From: Candidatus Thorarchaeota archaeon
GTDB lineage: Archaea; Asgardarchaeota; Heimdallarchaeia; Hodarchaeales; Hodarchaeaceae
Assembly: GCA_048882505.1 (NCBI GenBank)
Contig: JBHLRO010000001.1
Location: 30,001 to 62,000 of the forward strand
Direction: 5' to 3'
Length of the DNA stretch: 32,000 nt
Below, in pieces: positions 1 to 9,263 of this stretch. The translations under genes were made by a program, and so were the position numbers. The notes under the pieces are model-generated. The model worked only from the letters and a program-made list of their open reading frames with translations, was not told the DNA's origin and did no database searches. Within the stretch, counting starts at the first letter, position 1. Each line of letters starts with the position of its first letter.

Positions 1-284
1 CATCGTTATAAAATCCCTAATTAATGAGGATATTATTGTATTTTTCCTAATTGGGAAATTTAAGCATTCTGAAAGAGGATTTAAAATGAAGCTGGAAACC
101 TAAAACACTAAATTTTATTCCTTTCAGCTAAATATTTATCAAATTGTCGATTTTTATTTCAGAATCGGTACCTTGATCTTAATTATGTTGATAGCTCGGG
201 CGTAGAATAGTTTTAACCGCCTTGGGGGAATTTTGTCGAAGAAAAATATTAAAAATCGTAGCCTGCTAAGGCAAACAAAGAACC

Positions 285-1505
285 ATGACAATAATATTTG
301 TGTTTGGGGGCCAAAATAATGAAGGCTATCAAAAACCTCACATTCCCCAGCTGCTTGAGGAATTCGATCCAGAACGAAGGGAGAGGGCCCATTTGTACAG
401 AAGAAAATCTCGACGTTACGGTCTTATCTTATGGATGTTTTCCGCACTTCTAGGACTCTGTGTACTTCTAACCAGAATTACGATTCACATCCAAGACTGG
501 ATTATGGAGGGGATCTCTTCTGATTCCTTTATTGTTGTAGCCACGTTTTTCTCTCTAGCGTATATTGTAATTTCCGTTTGGGATCTACCTGTATCTTTCT
601 ATCTGCATATTCAGCTAGGACGAAATTTCGGCCTATCAAAATTAACAAACCGTCAATGGGTCTTAAGGTATTTGAAGCGGTCAGGAATTGGATACGTGAT
701 CTCTATTATTGCGGTTGAGGTCTTTTACTGGATTCTCCGTAACTACCCAGATGCCTGGTGGATCGGAACTGCCCTAGTTTCCTTGCTATTTACTGTTGTT
801 TTAACCAATCTTGCTCCGATTCTCCTTTTACCACGTTTCTATAAATTCAAACCATTGGGTGATGACTATCCAACTCTTGCGGAAGAACTAATTGATATGG
901 TGACTCAGGAAGGAGTAAAAACTACGGATGCATATACCTGGAATCTTGGAGCGACCAGTACTACTGGAAACGCGGCCCTACTTGGCTTGGGTAATACAAG
1001 ACGCATAATAATAGCAGATACTATGCTGAAACAATATACCCCACAAGAAATCAAGTGGATTCTTCTACATGAGCTTGCACATTTCAAAAACAAGGACCTA
1101 TGGAAAGGAATTTTAATTGGATCATTTACCACTCTTCTGCTGTTTTTTCTTACAGCCCAAATCTTCCCATCTTTGGCATTATTATTTGGTTATTCAACAG
1201 ATATAGACAATATTGGTAATATTCCGATTCTTGGCCTATCTTTTTCGTTTATATCGTTGCTACTATTCAATATTCCAAGATCGTGGTATTCAAGACGGCG
1301 TGAACAAGCTGCGGATAATTTTGCTACGAATCTGTTTCCGGATTTCAGAACTATTCGCAGTCTTTTTATCAAGCTGGCTGATCAAAACTTGACCGATATC
1401 AATCCACCATGGTGGGAAACTCTCCTATTCGCATCACATCCCCCAGTACAGAAAAGGATCCAAGAAGCTCGAAAACTCATTAAACTTACTGCCATCAATA
1501 TTTAG
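285..1505 (+). CDS. M48 family (Ste24/HtpX-like) integral membrane zinc metalloprotease
   Basis: HEXXH (LLHELAHF), NAALLGLGNTRRIIIADT, REQAADNFA and C-terminal SHPP..KRI motifs; multiple TM segments. The exact start codon is uncertain. Confidence 0.95.
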   Translation: MTIIFVFGGQNNEGYQKPHIPQLLEEFDPERRERAHLYRRKSRRYGLILWMFSALLGLCVLLTRITIHIQDWIMEGISSDSFIVVATFFSLAYIVISVWDLPVSFYLHIQLGRNFGLSKLTNRQWVLRYLKRSGIGYVISIIAVEVFYWILRNYPDAWWIGTALVSLLFTVVLTNLAPILLLPRFYKFKPLGDDYPTLAEELIDMVTQEGVKTTDAYTWNLGATSTTGNAALLGLGNTRRIIIADTMLKQYTPQEIKWILLHELAHFKNKDLWKGILIGSFTTLLLFFLTAQIFPSLALLFGYSTDIDNIGNIPILGLSFSFISLLLFNIPRSWYSRRREQAADNFATNLFPDFRTIRSLFIKLADQNLTDINPPWWETLLFASHPPVQKRIQEARKLIKLTAINI

Positions 1506-1513
1506 GAACCAGG

Positions 1514-1521
1514 TTTTTTTT
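1514..1521 (+). terminator. Oligo-T (T8) archaeal-type terminator candidate for the M48 gene
   Basis: T8 run 8 nt after the stop codon; a second T7 run at 1552-1558. Confidence 0.45.
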
Positions 1522-1622
1522 CCCTACGCGACTCCAAATTACTGTTAGAAGTTTTTTTAGAGGGTTTCTACCGTCTCAATGACTCTGTTGTCCTCTATAC
1601 TTTGTTCATACTAGTGGCCGTT

Positions 1623-2369
1623 TTAGCTTAGCATATTGAACAAATGCGGGACGTTTGCTTTCTCGAGATATCGGAAGAAATCGCGCATAAACCAGCTAAA
1701 CAAGAGCAGAATTATCGGTCCAATAATTCCAGTAAAAAAAATCAGTATTGACCAGAATTCAGCATTGCTTATTAGCAGTAACGCAAGAAGTAGACTATCC
1801 CCACCTGCTCCCACTCCTAACGCAAGTATAACAATCAAAAGCGAATTTAAAAAGGCTTTATCGAGTTCTGCCATTTCTTCTGTTCGAATGATTGCTCGAA
1901 TCCGCAACAAAATCCGTATGCCAATGAAGCTAACCAATAAGATTGGGAATCCAAAAGAAAAAAGGAATAAAACAGGATAAAAAGGATTGTTCTCAGAAAT
2001 TAAAGTTAAAGCGACCGCTAATCCTAATGTGATTCCATATGTCCACGGGATATACTTTTCCAGAATGATCCGTCTGTTTGCAAAGGCCGAAAGATAGAAT
2101 AAGCTCATTTCCAGGCATAAAAACGAATATATAGGATTGATCAACCTAACGATTATAACTAGAGACGAAGTGGGATCGTACCACAAGATCAGCCCACCAA
2201 TAATAAGAAAATAGGCCACCAACCCAATAGAGAGAGTAAATAGATGAAATAAGGCTTCCTCGCGAAAGAGGCGCCAGACTCGGAAGAATCTTAAAGCTGA
2301 ATACAAAGATAAAGCGCCAAATGCTAGAATGGATATTAGGGAGCTAATAAAAAATAATATCTCGATCAT
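1623..2369 (-). CDS. Hypothetical ~7-TM membrane protein without a soluble output domain
   Basis: 248-aa ORF with about seven hydrophobic stretches; its start overlaps the upstream RHH gene stop (ATGA). Confidence 0.8.
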   Translation of the reverse strand: MIEILFFISSLISILAFGALSLYSALRFFRVWRLFREEALFHLFTLSIGLVAYFLIIGGLILWYDPTSSLVIIVRLINPIYSFLCLEMSLFYLSAFANRRIILEKYIPWTYGITLGLAVALTLISENNPFYPVLFLFSFGFPILLVSFIGIRILLRIRAIIRTEEMAELDKAFLNSLLIVILALGVGAGGDSLLLALLLISNAEFWSILIFFTGIIGPIILLLFSWFMRDFFRYLEKANVPHLFNMLS

Positions 2370-2548
2370 TCCAAGTCTTCCAGTTCATTTGATAAGCGTT
2401 GAATGTATTCACGAACCCATTGGTGTAATTTGTCTTGTAACACATACGCACACAGTACTGAGGGACGGAGCTTGGTTACAGTAGATAGATGTTCGATCTC
2501 ATGGAGAGTTTCTAGGGGAAGCCGAATTGTAATCGTGGAAGTTTTCAT
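2366..2548 (-). CDS. Small ribbon-helix-helix (CopG/MetJ-like) DNA-binding protein
   Basis: Alternating beta-strand TSTITIRLP followed by two helices (ETLHEIEHLS; PSVLCAYVLQDKL). ATG at 2548 (the ORF-track start at 2551 is TTG). ATGA coupling to the 7TM gene and an upstream TATA box. Confidence 0.7.
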   Translation of the reverse strand: MKTSTITIRLPLETLHEIEHLSTVTKLRPSVLCAYVLQDKLHQWVREYIQRLSNELEDLE

Positions 2549-2568
2549 CAAAAACTACCTTGTAATGG

Positions 2569-2598
2569 GTTTATAATCTCCTGTGCACACTGTACACA
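2569..2598 (-). promoter_or_regulatory. TATA box (TTATAAAC) plus adjacent tandem CTGTRCACA repeats, candidate RHH operator
   Basis: TTATAAAC on the minus strand at 2569-2576, 21-28 nt upstream of ATG 2548. CTGTGCACA (2581-2589) and CTGTACACA (2590-2598); TGTGCACA is a perfect palindrome. Confidence 0.5.
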
Positions 2599-2728
2599 CA
2601 TATACTTATCTGTATGGGGTATATCTCTTCATGCAATAGCGTGTTGTGGGTAGTATTATTCCTATGCCAGCTATGTGATCTAGCTTGGAAAAGACGCCCT
2701 AATTAAACGAATCCTATCGAATGGCGGT

Positions 2729-4765
2729 ATGATGAAATCATTAAACCTCCTCCTAACGATTCTGGTACTCTCAACTTCTCTCCATCTTTTGGTTGTCTCA
2801 GATATTAACCTCGTTTCGTTTACTAATGATTCTGATCCAGATTCAACATTCTTTATGGGAAGATCAGGGAATCGCTATTCAATAAAAACGTTACCTGGCA
2901 ATGAATCGTTTCTGCCAGGAACTAACCTTACTGTGAACAGGTATAGTCGTGGTATCTTGGAACCACAGTATGCATTTGAAGGGAAATATAACACAACTGT
3001 TCTGAAGCTCAATAAAACACATTGGGATACAAAATGTGAATATCCCTTTTCTCTTGATGCCAATAACGATCCTTTTGTCTCGCCCTTCCTAACAAGTGTA
3101 AATCGGACGAGTTTAGATCATTTCTACAATGCATCCAACTATTATGATTGGACATTTGGATTAGCGCAAAATACCTTTGATTTCTGGATAAATACTTCTG
3201 GATTCTACGATGGCTATCTATTCAAGTGGGGAGGCATTAATTTGACCGTGTATGATGGTGGAATGGTTAACATCGCAAATATTGGGACATTCAATACTTG
3301 GATCCTGGTGGCTGAATTAAGTCCTCCCAGCTGGATTAACATTACCTATTCATCAAACGGATTATTCCTGAACCTGAATATGTCTTATATATCTCTTTTT
3401 TACTATAATCTGACTTACGCGGTTTTTGGAGAACTTCCCCTGGGTTACACAGGCCCTTCAATAACATTATCCCCCGAAAATGGCTCTGTTCTCCCTTCTG
3501 GAACCATACTTGTCCCAGTATTATCTTCTCCATATGGAATATCCGAAGTATACTATCAATGGGATGATGGGGCTAATACCTCTGTTCTATTTCCACTTCC
3601 CTCCGAAAATACCTTCCATGATTTATTCATAACGGCAGTGGACGGTTTGGGGTTAAGGAAAGCACTTTATTATCGATATTTAACCGACGATTCTGTTCCT
3701 GGTATTATCCTTAATAATCCTGTCAATGGAAGTAGGATTAAAGGTTCTGACATGATTAACGTCTCCTTCACAACAAGCAATGGATCTTTTCTTTATAGCT
3801 GGAATGGAATTCAAAACGTAACCCTAGCGGACGGGGAGGTGATTCCTGTCTTTTCCCCAGTCATTGAGGGAATTAGAATACTGGAAGTCTTCGTAATAAA
3901 TCCTGCAGAGGATACTTGGACAAGGGCTCGATACGTTTTTTTCGTTGATAACACCAAACCTATATTAAACATCCACGGTTTTGTGAACAGATCCGTAATA
4001 AAAGGGACCCTCAATTTTACCGTTTCAATGTCGGAAGATGGAAAAATCTCGTATTTGCTGGAACCTTTTAGAGATGTAAGTTTCAATACGATGGAAAATG
4101 CTGAGCATTCAATCCTATTACCAAACCTTCCCAACGGAACCTACCACTTAATTTTACTTGGTACAGACGAAGCGAACAACACAGCCCAAGAATTGATAAT
4201 CTTTAGTATTTATACGAGCGCATTTGAGTGGACTTGGAAATTGGAGGCCTACACGTCTAAACGACTCGTTGCTGTAGATGCCACGGGGAGTCCTTGGTTT
4301 ATTCTCACCCTGGCATCAAGGGTTGACCAAGAATTCAATCTTACAAAAACAGTCGACGAGAGTTTTCCAGCACCAAGTCCTTCTCATGCCTTCACGGTTA
4401 AATTTGTCTGTTCAGATCCCGCTGAACTGTTATTCATTACGCTTGAGTATTCCATAGAATCAGCTGGAAATATCACGACGTTCCCTGTCCATGAATGGGA
4501 GGTATGGAATGACGTAGATCAAAAATGGGCGAAAGTTCCTACTAATTATAATGAGATACACCATTCGTGGGAAGCAACGATAGAAGGATATGTCACTTTT
4601 TTTGCTCTCCGAGAGACGGGAACGACAACGCGTCTTCGTGATGTTACCCCAGGAGGAGGCCAAATATCAGGATTTGAATTTGTATTTGGTCTAATTGGCC
4701 TAGTTATAATGGGGAGGCTATTTTCTCGTAAAAAGGCTAGAAGAAATAAAAAACCATCATCTTAA
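2729..4765 (+). CDS. Membrane-anchored surface glycoprotein with Ig-like beta-rich domains and a C-terminal sorting/anchor segment
   Basis: N-terminal signal peptide; about two dozen N-x-S/T sequons by hand count; repeated 'D(N)TxPxI..P.NGS' Ig-like linkers; C-terminal ISGFE + TM + RKKARRNKK. Confidence 0.85.
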   Translation: MMKSLNLLLTILVLSTSLHLLVVSDINLVSFTNDSDPDSTFFMGRSGNRYSIKTLPGNESFLPGTNLTVNRYSRGILEPQYAFEGKYNTTVLKLNKTHWDTKCEYPFSLDANNDPFVSPFLTSVNRTSLDHFYNASNYYDWTFGLAQNTFDFWINTSGFYDGYLFKWGGINLTVYDGGMVNIANIGTFNTWILVAELSPPSWINITYSSNGLFLNLNMSYISLFYYNLTYAVFGELPLGYTGPSITLSPENGSVLPSGTILVPVLSSPYGISEVYYQWDDGANTSVLFPLPSENTFHDLFITAVDGLGLRKALYYRYLTDDSVPGIILNNPVNGSRIKGSDMINVSFTTSNGSFLYSWNGIQNVTLADGEVIPVFSPVIEGIRILEVFVINPAEDTWTRARYVFFVDNTKPILNIHGFVNRSVIKGTLNFTVSMSEDGKISYLLEPFRDVSFNTMENAEHSILLPNLPNGTYHLILLGTDEANNTAQELIIFSIYTSAFEWTWKLEAYTSKRLVAVDATGSPWFILTLASRVDQEFNLTKTVDESFPAPSPSHAFTVKFVCSDPAELLFITLEYSIESAGNITTFPVHEWEVWNDVDQKWAKVPTNYNEIHHSWEATIEGYVTFFALRETGTTTRLRDVTPGGGQISGFEFVFGLIGLVIMGRLFSRKKARRNKKPSS

Positions 4766-4784
4766 ACCTCAGAGCTGAAAAAAA

Positions 4785-5192
4785 ATGTCAAAAGAAAGAA
4801 TTGAACTAATCGAAGCATCTATGACGAATCGAATCTTTGCCCTAGTGATAGATGCCGTAATTGGAATTGTGATTGCGATTATTTCGCATTATGGTGCCAT
4901 TTGGGAATATGATATACTCTGGAGTAAGATTCTTCCGTTTGATCTGAAGCCGTTCCTTCTAGATTATGGAATAATTCTTTGGTTTGTCATTTTTTTCCCT
5001 ATATACCATATCCTCGTATCTGGGATATTAGATGGCCAGAGTATCGGTAAATTGGTACTAGGATTGCGAGTAGTCACTACTGAGAACAAGTCGACGAAAA
5101 GAGCCTTTCTATTACACTTCCGCCGATTCTTTTTGTTAAAACAAGGAACAAAGGTAGTGAAAGAGTATGATCCAGGTATTACTGGTCTTTAA
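4785..5192 (+). CDS. RDD family membrane protein (short form)
   Basis: NRIFALVID (RxxAxxID) and GQSIGKLVLGLRVV motifs; two TM segments. Confidence 0.85.
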   Translation: MSKERIELIEASMTNRIFALVIDAVIGIVIAIISHYGAIWEYDILWSKILPFDLKPFLLDYGIILWFVIFFPIYHILVSGILDGQSIGKLVLGLRVVTTENKSTKRAFLLHFRRFFLLKQGTKVVKEYDPGITGL

Positions 5193-5225
5193 TCCCCTTG
5201 AATCGAAATACTGAGTGGTTACCCA

Positions 5226-5951
5226 GTGGGCCTTGTCGAATTGGAAGCTGTCAGCCGAACCTACCAAATGGGTGGTCATGAAATCTTTGCCCTGTTTGGA
5301 ATTTCTTTGGAATTAGATCCAGGTGAGCTTACGGTTGTATTGGGGCCATCTGGCTCCGGTAAAACTACATTATTAAATGTAATCGGCGGTATCGATCGTC
5401 CGACATCAGGACGAATCAGCTTCGGAGATATTTCGATAACTGAACTAAGTAACAAGGATTTGGGCAAGTTTCGAAGATCAAACTGCGGATTTGTCTTTCA
5501 ATTCTTCAACCTCCTCCCAATTTTTAACGCCTTAGAGAATGTTTCATATGCTGTAGAGTTAGCTGATCAGATTAAATCTAGGAAACAGGTCGAACAAAGG
5601 GCATTTGAATATCTTAAGGCTGTGGGGATGGAGGAAAAAGCTTACTACTTTCCTAGTCAAATGTCAGGGGGAGAACAGCAACGAGTTGCGGCTGCACGGG
5701 CCTTCGCAAAGGAACCCCAAATTTTATTGTGCGATGAACCCACTGGTGAACTTTCAGTAAAAGAGGGGAGAAAAGTACTTTCTGTGATTCAACAAATGGT
5801 GACCCAAAAACAGCGAGAGATCCTTGTCCTGTTGGTTACTCATAATCAGAAGATCGCCCAGATAGGACATCGTGTAGTGAGGTTACGGTCTGGAGAGGTA
5901 AACTCAGTCGAAACACAAAAGCCAATAGATGCTAATCAAATTTCTTGGTGA
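5226..5951 (+). CDS. ABC transporter ATP-binding protein, LolD/MacB-like, with atypical D-loop
   Basis: Walker [11 protein letters not shown]-loop FVFQFFNL, signature MSGGEQQRV, Walker B LLCDE followed by PTGELS, H-loop VTHN. Confidence 0.95.
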   Translation: MGLVELEAVSRTYQMGGHEIFALFGISLELDPGELTVVLGPSGSGKTTLLNVIGGIDRPTSGRISFGDISITELSNKDLGKFRRSNCGFVFQFFNLLPIFNALENVSYAVELADQIKSRKQVEQRAFEYLKAVGMEEKAYYFPSQMSGGEQQRVAAARAFAKEPQILLCDEPTGELSVKEGRKVLSVIQQMVTQKQREILVLLVTHNQKIAQIGHRVVRLRSGEVNSVETQKPIDANQISW

Positions 5952-5965
5952 CCTGGCGAGGATTT

Positions 5966-8497
5966 ATGGCAAAAACATGGAAAAACGTATTCAGGGCAAT
6001 TAATGCGAATAAAGTTCGGTTTGTGTCCATTGCGCTGATTATAGCTGTGGGAATAGTATCCTTCATAAGTATGCTTTCTGCTTTTGTCCATCTAGACGCC
6101 ACGTATCAAGGAGCATTCAATGATTATGATATGGCGAGCTTCACCGTTCAAACTGCAAATCCAGGAGGCTCTGGCAGTGATGCTTGGATAGATTACGCTA
6201 ATCTAACTAACTACCTTACTGAATTTGCTCAAGAAGAAACACGAATCGTGGATTTTGAACTTCGGATTATCTATGACACCATCTTCGAGATAAGAGGTAA
6301 TAGGCAAAACGGCAGAATTGTTGCATTTAGTACAACTGATTCGCAAGGTGAATTTCGTGCACAACCTGATGTCAATGGGTATGAACTTCTTTCTGGAAAC
6401 GATTTTTCTCCCATAAGCCAATTTCAAAACGTTAGCCATGTCGAAGCTCATCTAGCCGAATACTGGAAACTGCAACCAAACGAGTACATTGCTGTTGGAG
6501 ACGAGAAGGCGGTATTCAAGATCGAAGGAATCATCGCCTCCCCGGAGTATCTGATGAATATGGGTTCTTATGCCGATATTCTTCCGAGCCCAAGACGATT
6601 TGGCGTTATTTTTATGCCTCTAAGTACTGCACAGCTTTTATTGGATGTGCCGGGAAAGGTTAACGAAATTTCTGTGAGATTGGATTCATCACTGAGTGCT
6701 ACGACTCGAGAAAGCATAGCAGGCAGCATGAAAAGCTTTCTTGAAGAAAACCACAATTTAAAACTCGGTGAACCAATAGATATTGACAAACAGGTATCAT
6801 ATTATCTACTTCGGTTGGACATCGAAGAAGCGCGGGAATTTGGATTCGTTTTACCATTAATTCTTCTTGGAATGGCAATGGGAGGATTATATGTTCTCCT
6901 CGGTCGTATGGTTGTCGCAGAGCGAAAAGATATTGGTGTCGCCCAGGCTCTTGGCTACAGCCGCCGAACAATAATTAGCCAGTATGTTGGAATTGGATTT
7001 ATTGTAGCTATAATTGGAACGATACTCGGAGTAATCTTGGGAATAGGATTCTCTAATGTCTTTAGCCCAATGTATATTAATTTGATAAAGATCCCCTTTC
7101 CCGCCCGAGTTACCTTCGAGTGGCCCCTTGTTGTTGTTGGGGTCGTTTTGGGCCTAGCCACGGGCCTGTTGGGAGGATATTTACCTGTACGTGGTGCCAT
7201 ACAACCACTTCCTGCCGAAAGCCTTCGATTCGATCCCTCTCTCCATATTACCACGGGGAAAGTACCACTGATAGAGCGATTATTGAACAAGATAATGATT
7301 AGGCCCAGAGTAACAGGCCTACGTCTTCCCCTCAGAAATATATTCCGTAGCAGAAGACGAATGTTTTCCTCGGTCTTCGCTGTGGTGATTTCGGTCTCTC
7401 TAGTAACAATGGGATTTGGTATGGTTGAATCAATGGACCGAGCATTTGTTGTACAGTACTCAGATATTGAAGATTGGGATTTACGCATTGATTTCAATGA
7501 AGTACCTACCAATGCCTCCGATATCGTTAATGCTCTTGCGAGACTAGATGGAGTGTCGAATGGTACATACCACTTGCTTTCGGGAGCTACGATTACATCG
7601 TCAAAGTCCGTACAAGAAAAGACAGTTCAATTGATAGGAATTAAGAAGATTAATGGGTATCTTGGCCACAAATTTGTCTTCGAGGCTGGAAATTTTAGCA
7701 AAAAAGGAATCGTTCTCTCTGTTCCTGTTGCTGAAAAATTAGGCGTTTGGAGAGGTGATAACGTGAGCTTGGAACTACCAAAGCTGACCAAATTAGTTAG
7801 TACCGCCCCGTTGAGAGCCCATTTTGAGATGGAGAATGTGACATTCATGGTGAGCGGTATAGTGGACGAATTCAATGGCCTGGTAGCGTACGTTGGCTTA
7901 GATCGGCTAAAAGAAGAAAGTAATTTTCCTGGTTCCCCTGCAAATTCCATTGTTTTAAAATTGGTCAATGCCTCAACGGAAAACCTGGAAAGCATTCGTG
8001 AACAGATCTGGAGTTCATTTTCATACAATGTTCGTAATATTTTTACGAGAGCTGAGCAAACTACCGATTTGATTGATCTTATCAGTGTGATATATGCCAT
8101 CATGTATGTAGTGGCCTTTTTCGCCGTACTTTTGGCGGTAGCCATGGTATATAATACGGTTTATATTAATCTCCAAGAACAACAAAGAGAGTTGGCCACC
8201 TTGCTCACCATTGGAACTCCTAACCGAAATATTATAAGGAACGTGACCGTGGAAAACTTAATTATTACGATAATCGGAACATTCTTTGGATTAATCTTTG
8301 GTTGGCTCTTGTTATGGTTTTTCATGGACGTGATCCTTGATTTAGAATTCTTCCGGATCAAGCTGTTTATTAGTCTCGAAACAATGCTTTTAAGCTTTGT
8401 ATTGACCTTCTCTGGGATCTTAATTGCCCAATATTTCCCATTACGAAATACCATCAACCTAAATCTAGCTGAGGCGACCAAAGAACGGGTAGTATAA
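5966..8497 (+). CDS. Type VII ABC (FtsX/MacB/LolCE-like) permease, tandem-duplicated 2x4 TM form
   Basis: Two FtsX-like halves (AERKDIGVAQALGYS; QQRELATLLTIG) each with a large extracellular domain. ATG 5966 preceded by GAGGA is preferred over TTG 5945. Confidence 0.92.
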   Translation: MAKTWKNVFRAINANKVRFVSIALIIAVGIVSFISMLSAFVHLDATYQGAFNDYDMASFTVQTANPGGSGSDAWIDYANLTNYLTEFAQEETRIVDFELRIIYDTIFEIRGNRQNGRIVAFSTTDSQGEFRAQPDVNGYELLSGNDFSPISQFQNVSHVEAHLAEYWKLQPNEYIAVGDEKAVFKIEGIIASPEYLMNMGSYADILPSPRRFGVIFMPLSTAQLLLDVPGKVNEISVRLDSSLSATTRESIAGSMKSFLEENHNLKLGEPIDIDKQVSYYLLRLDIEEAREFGFVLPLILLGMAMGGLYVLLGRMVVAERKDIGVAQALGYSRRTIISQYVGIGFIVAIIGTILGVILGIGFSNVFSPMYINLIKIPFPARVTFEWPLVVVGVVLGLATGLLGGYLPVRGAIQPLPAESLRFDPSLHITTGKVPLIERLLNKIMIRPRVTGLRLPLRNIFRSRRRMFSSVFAVVISVSLVTMGFGMVESMDRAFVVQYSDIEDWDLRIDFNEVPTNASDIVNALARLDGVSNGTYHLLSGATITSSKSVQEKTVQLIGIKKINGYLGHKFVFEAGNFSKKGIVLSVPVAEKLGVWRGDNVSLELPKLTKLVSTAPLRAHFEMENVTFMVSGIVDEFNGLVAYVGLDRLKEESNFPGSPANSIVLKLVNASTENLESIREQIWSSFSYNVRNIFTRAEQTTDLIDLISVIYAIMYVVAFFAVLLAVAMVYNTVYINLQEQQRELATLLTIGTPNRNIIRNVTVENLIITIIGTFFGLIFGWLLLWFFMDVILDLEFFRIKLFISLETMLLSFVLTFSGILIAQYFPLRNTINLNLAEATKERVV

Positions 8498-8510
8498 AGG
8501 AAAAAACAAA

Positions 8511-9263
8511 ATGGCATTTATTGAGTTAGATGAAGTAGAAAAGGAGTACATCCTTGGGGAAACACCAATTCGCGCGCTAAATGGTGTGAATCTGACTATA
8601 GATAGAGGAGAACTAGTCATAGTCTTTGGTCCTTCCGGAGCCGGAAAAACGACCCTGATGAATATGATTGGGGGTTTGGATATTCCTACTAGAGGGAAAG
8701 TAACGGTTGATGAGATCCCACTTTCCACACTCTCCGCCAAATGGCTAACAGTATATCGTCGAAAGAAAGTAGGGGTAATTTTTCAATTTTTCAATCTTAT
8801 CTCGCGGTTGACGGCACTAGAAAACGTGGAATATGCCCTAGAGTTGGTAGGTGTCAAAAAACAGTCAAACACCAGCAAATCCGTTACCTTCGACTCCTCT
8901 ACCGTCAGAAAAAAAGCCATTGAATATCTTGGAAGAGTGGGACTTGAAGATCGGATGAATCATTTTCCTAAAGAACTTTCAGGCGGCGAACAACAAAGGG
9001 TGAGCATAGCACGAGCACTTGCAAAGGAACCAGAGATCCTACTAGCTGATGAACCCACTGGAAATCTCGATTACAGCATCGGCCGCGCCATTTTAGAGAT
9101 AATGGAAGCGATGACCGGGAAAGAGCAAAATCGAACAGTGGTCATTGTTACCCATAACGAAGCGATTTGTCCGTTGGGAGATAGGGTTATTCGTCTCTCC
9201 GATGGGCAGATCACGGAGGACTACACTCAGGAATATACGCCTGCAAAAAACCTCTATTGGTAA
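8511..9263 (+). CDS. ABC transporter ATP-binding protein, LolD/MacB-like (canonical motifs)
   Basis: [40 protein letters not shown]. Confidence 0.96.
   Translation: MAFIELDEVEKEYILGETPIRALNGVNLTIDRGELVIVFGPSGAGKTTLMNMIGGLDIPTRGKVTVDEIPLSTLSAKWLTVYRRKKVGVIFQFFNLISRLTALENVEYALELVGVKKQSNTSKSVTFDSSTVRKKAIEYLGRVGLEDRMNHFPKELSGGEQQRVSIARALAKEPEILLADEPTGNLDYSIGRAILEIMEAMTGKEQNRTVVIVTHNEAICPLGDRVIRLSDGQITEDYTQEYTPAKNLYW

Noticed and set aside
1-284. Possible divergent gene starting at the initial CAT (positions 1-3)
   Set aside because: Only the codon itself is in the window, so it cannot be supported.
285-1505. M48 protease as a eukaryotic-signature CAAX protease
   Set aside because: Ste24-like M48 proteins are widespread in bacteria and archaea; nothing in the sequence shows special eukaryotic affinity.
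1623-2369. 7TM protein as a rhodopsin (known from Heimdallarchaeia)
   Set aside because: No retinal-binding Lys or DxxxK/SxxxK motif in the last helix.
4785-5192. RDD gene as a truncated pseudogene (lacks the usual third TM/C-terminal part)
   Set aside because: It has clean boundaries, tight operon spacing and no downstream frameshifted remnant; treated as a short intact form.
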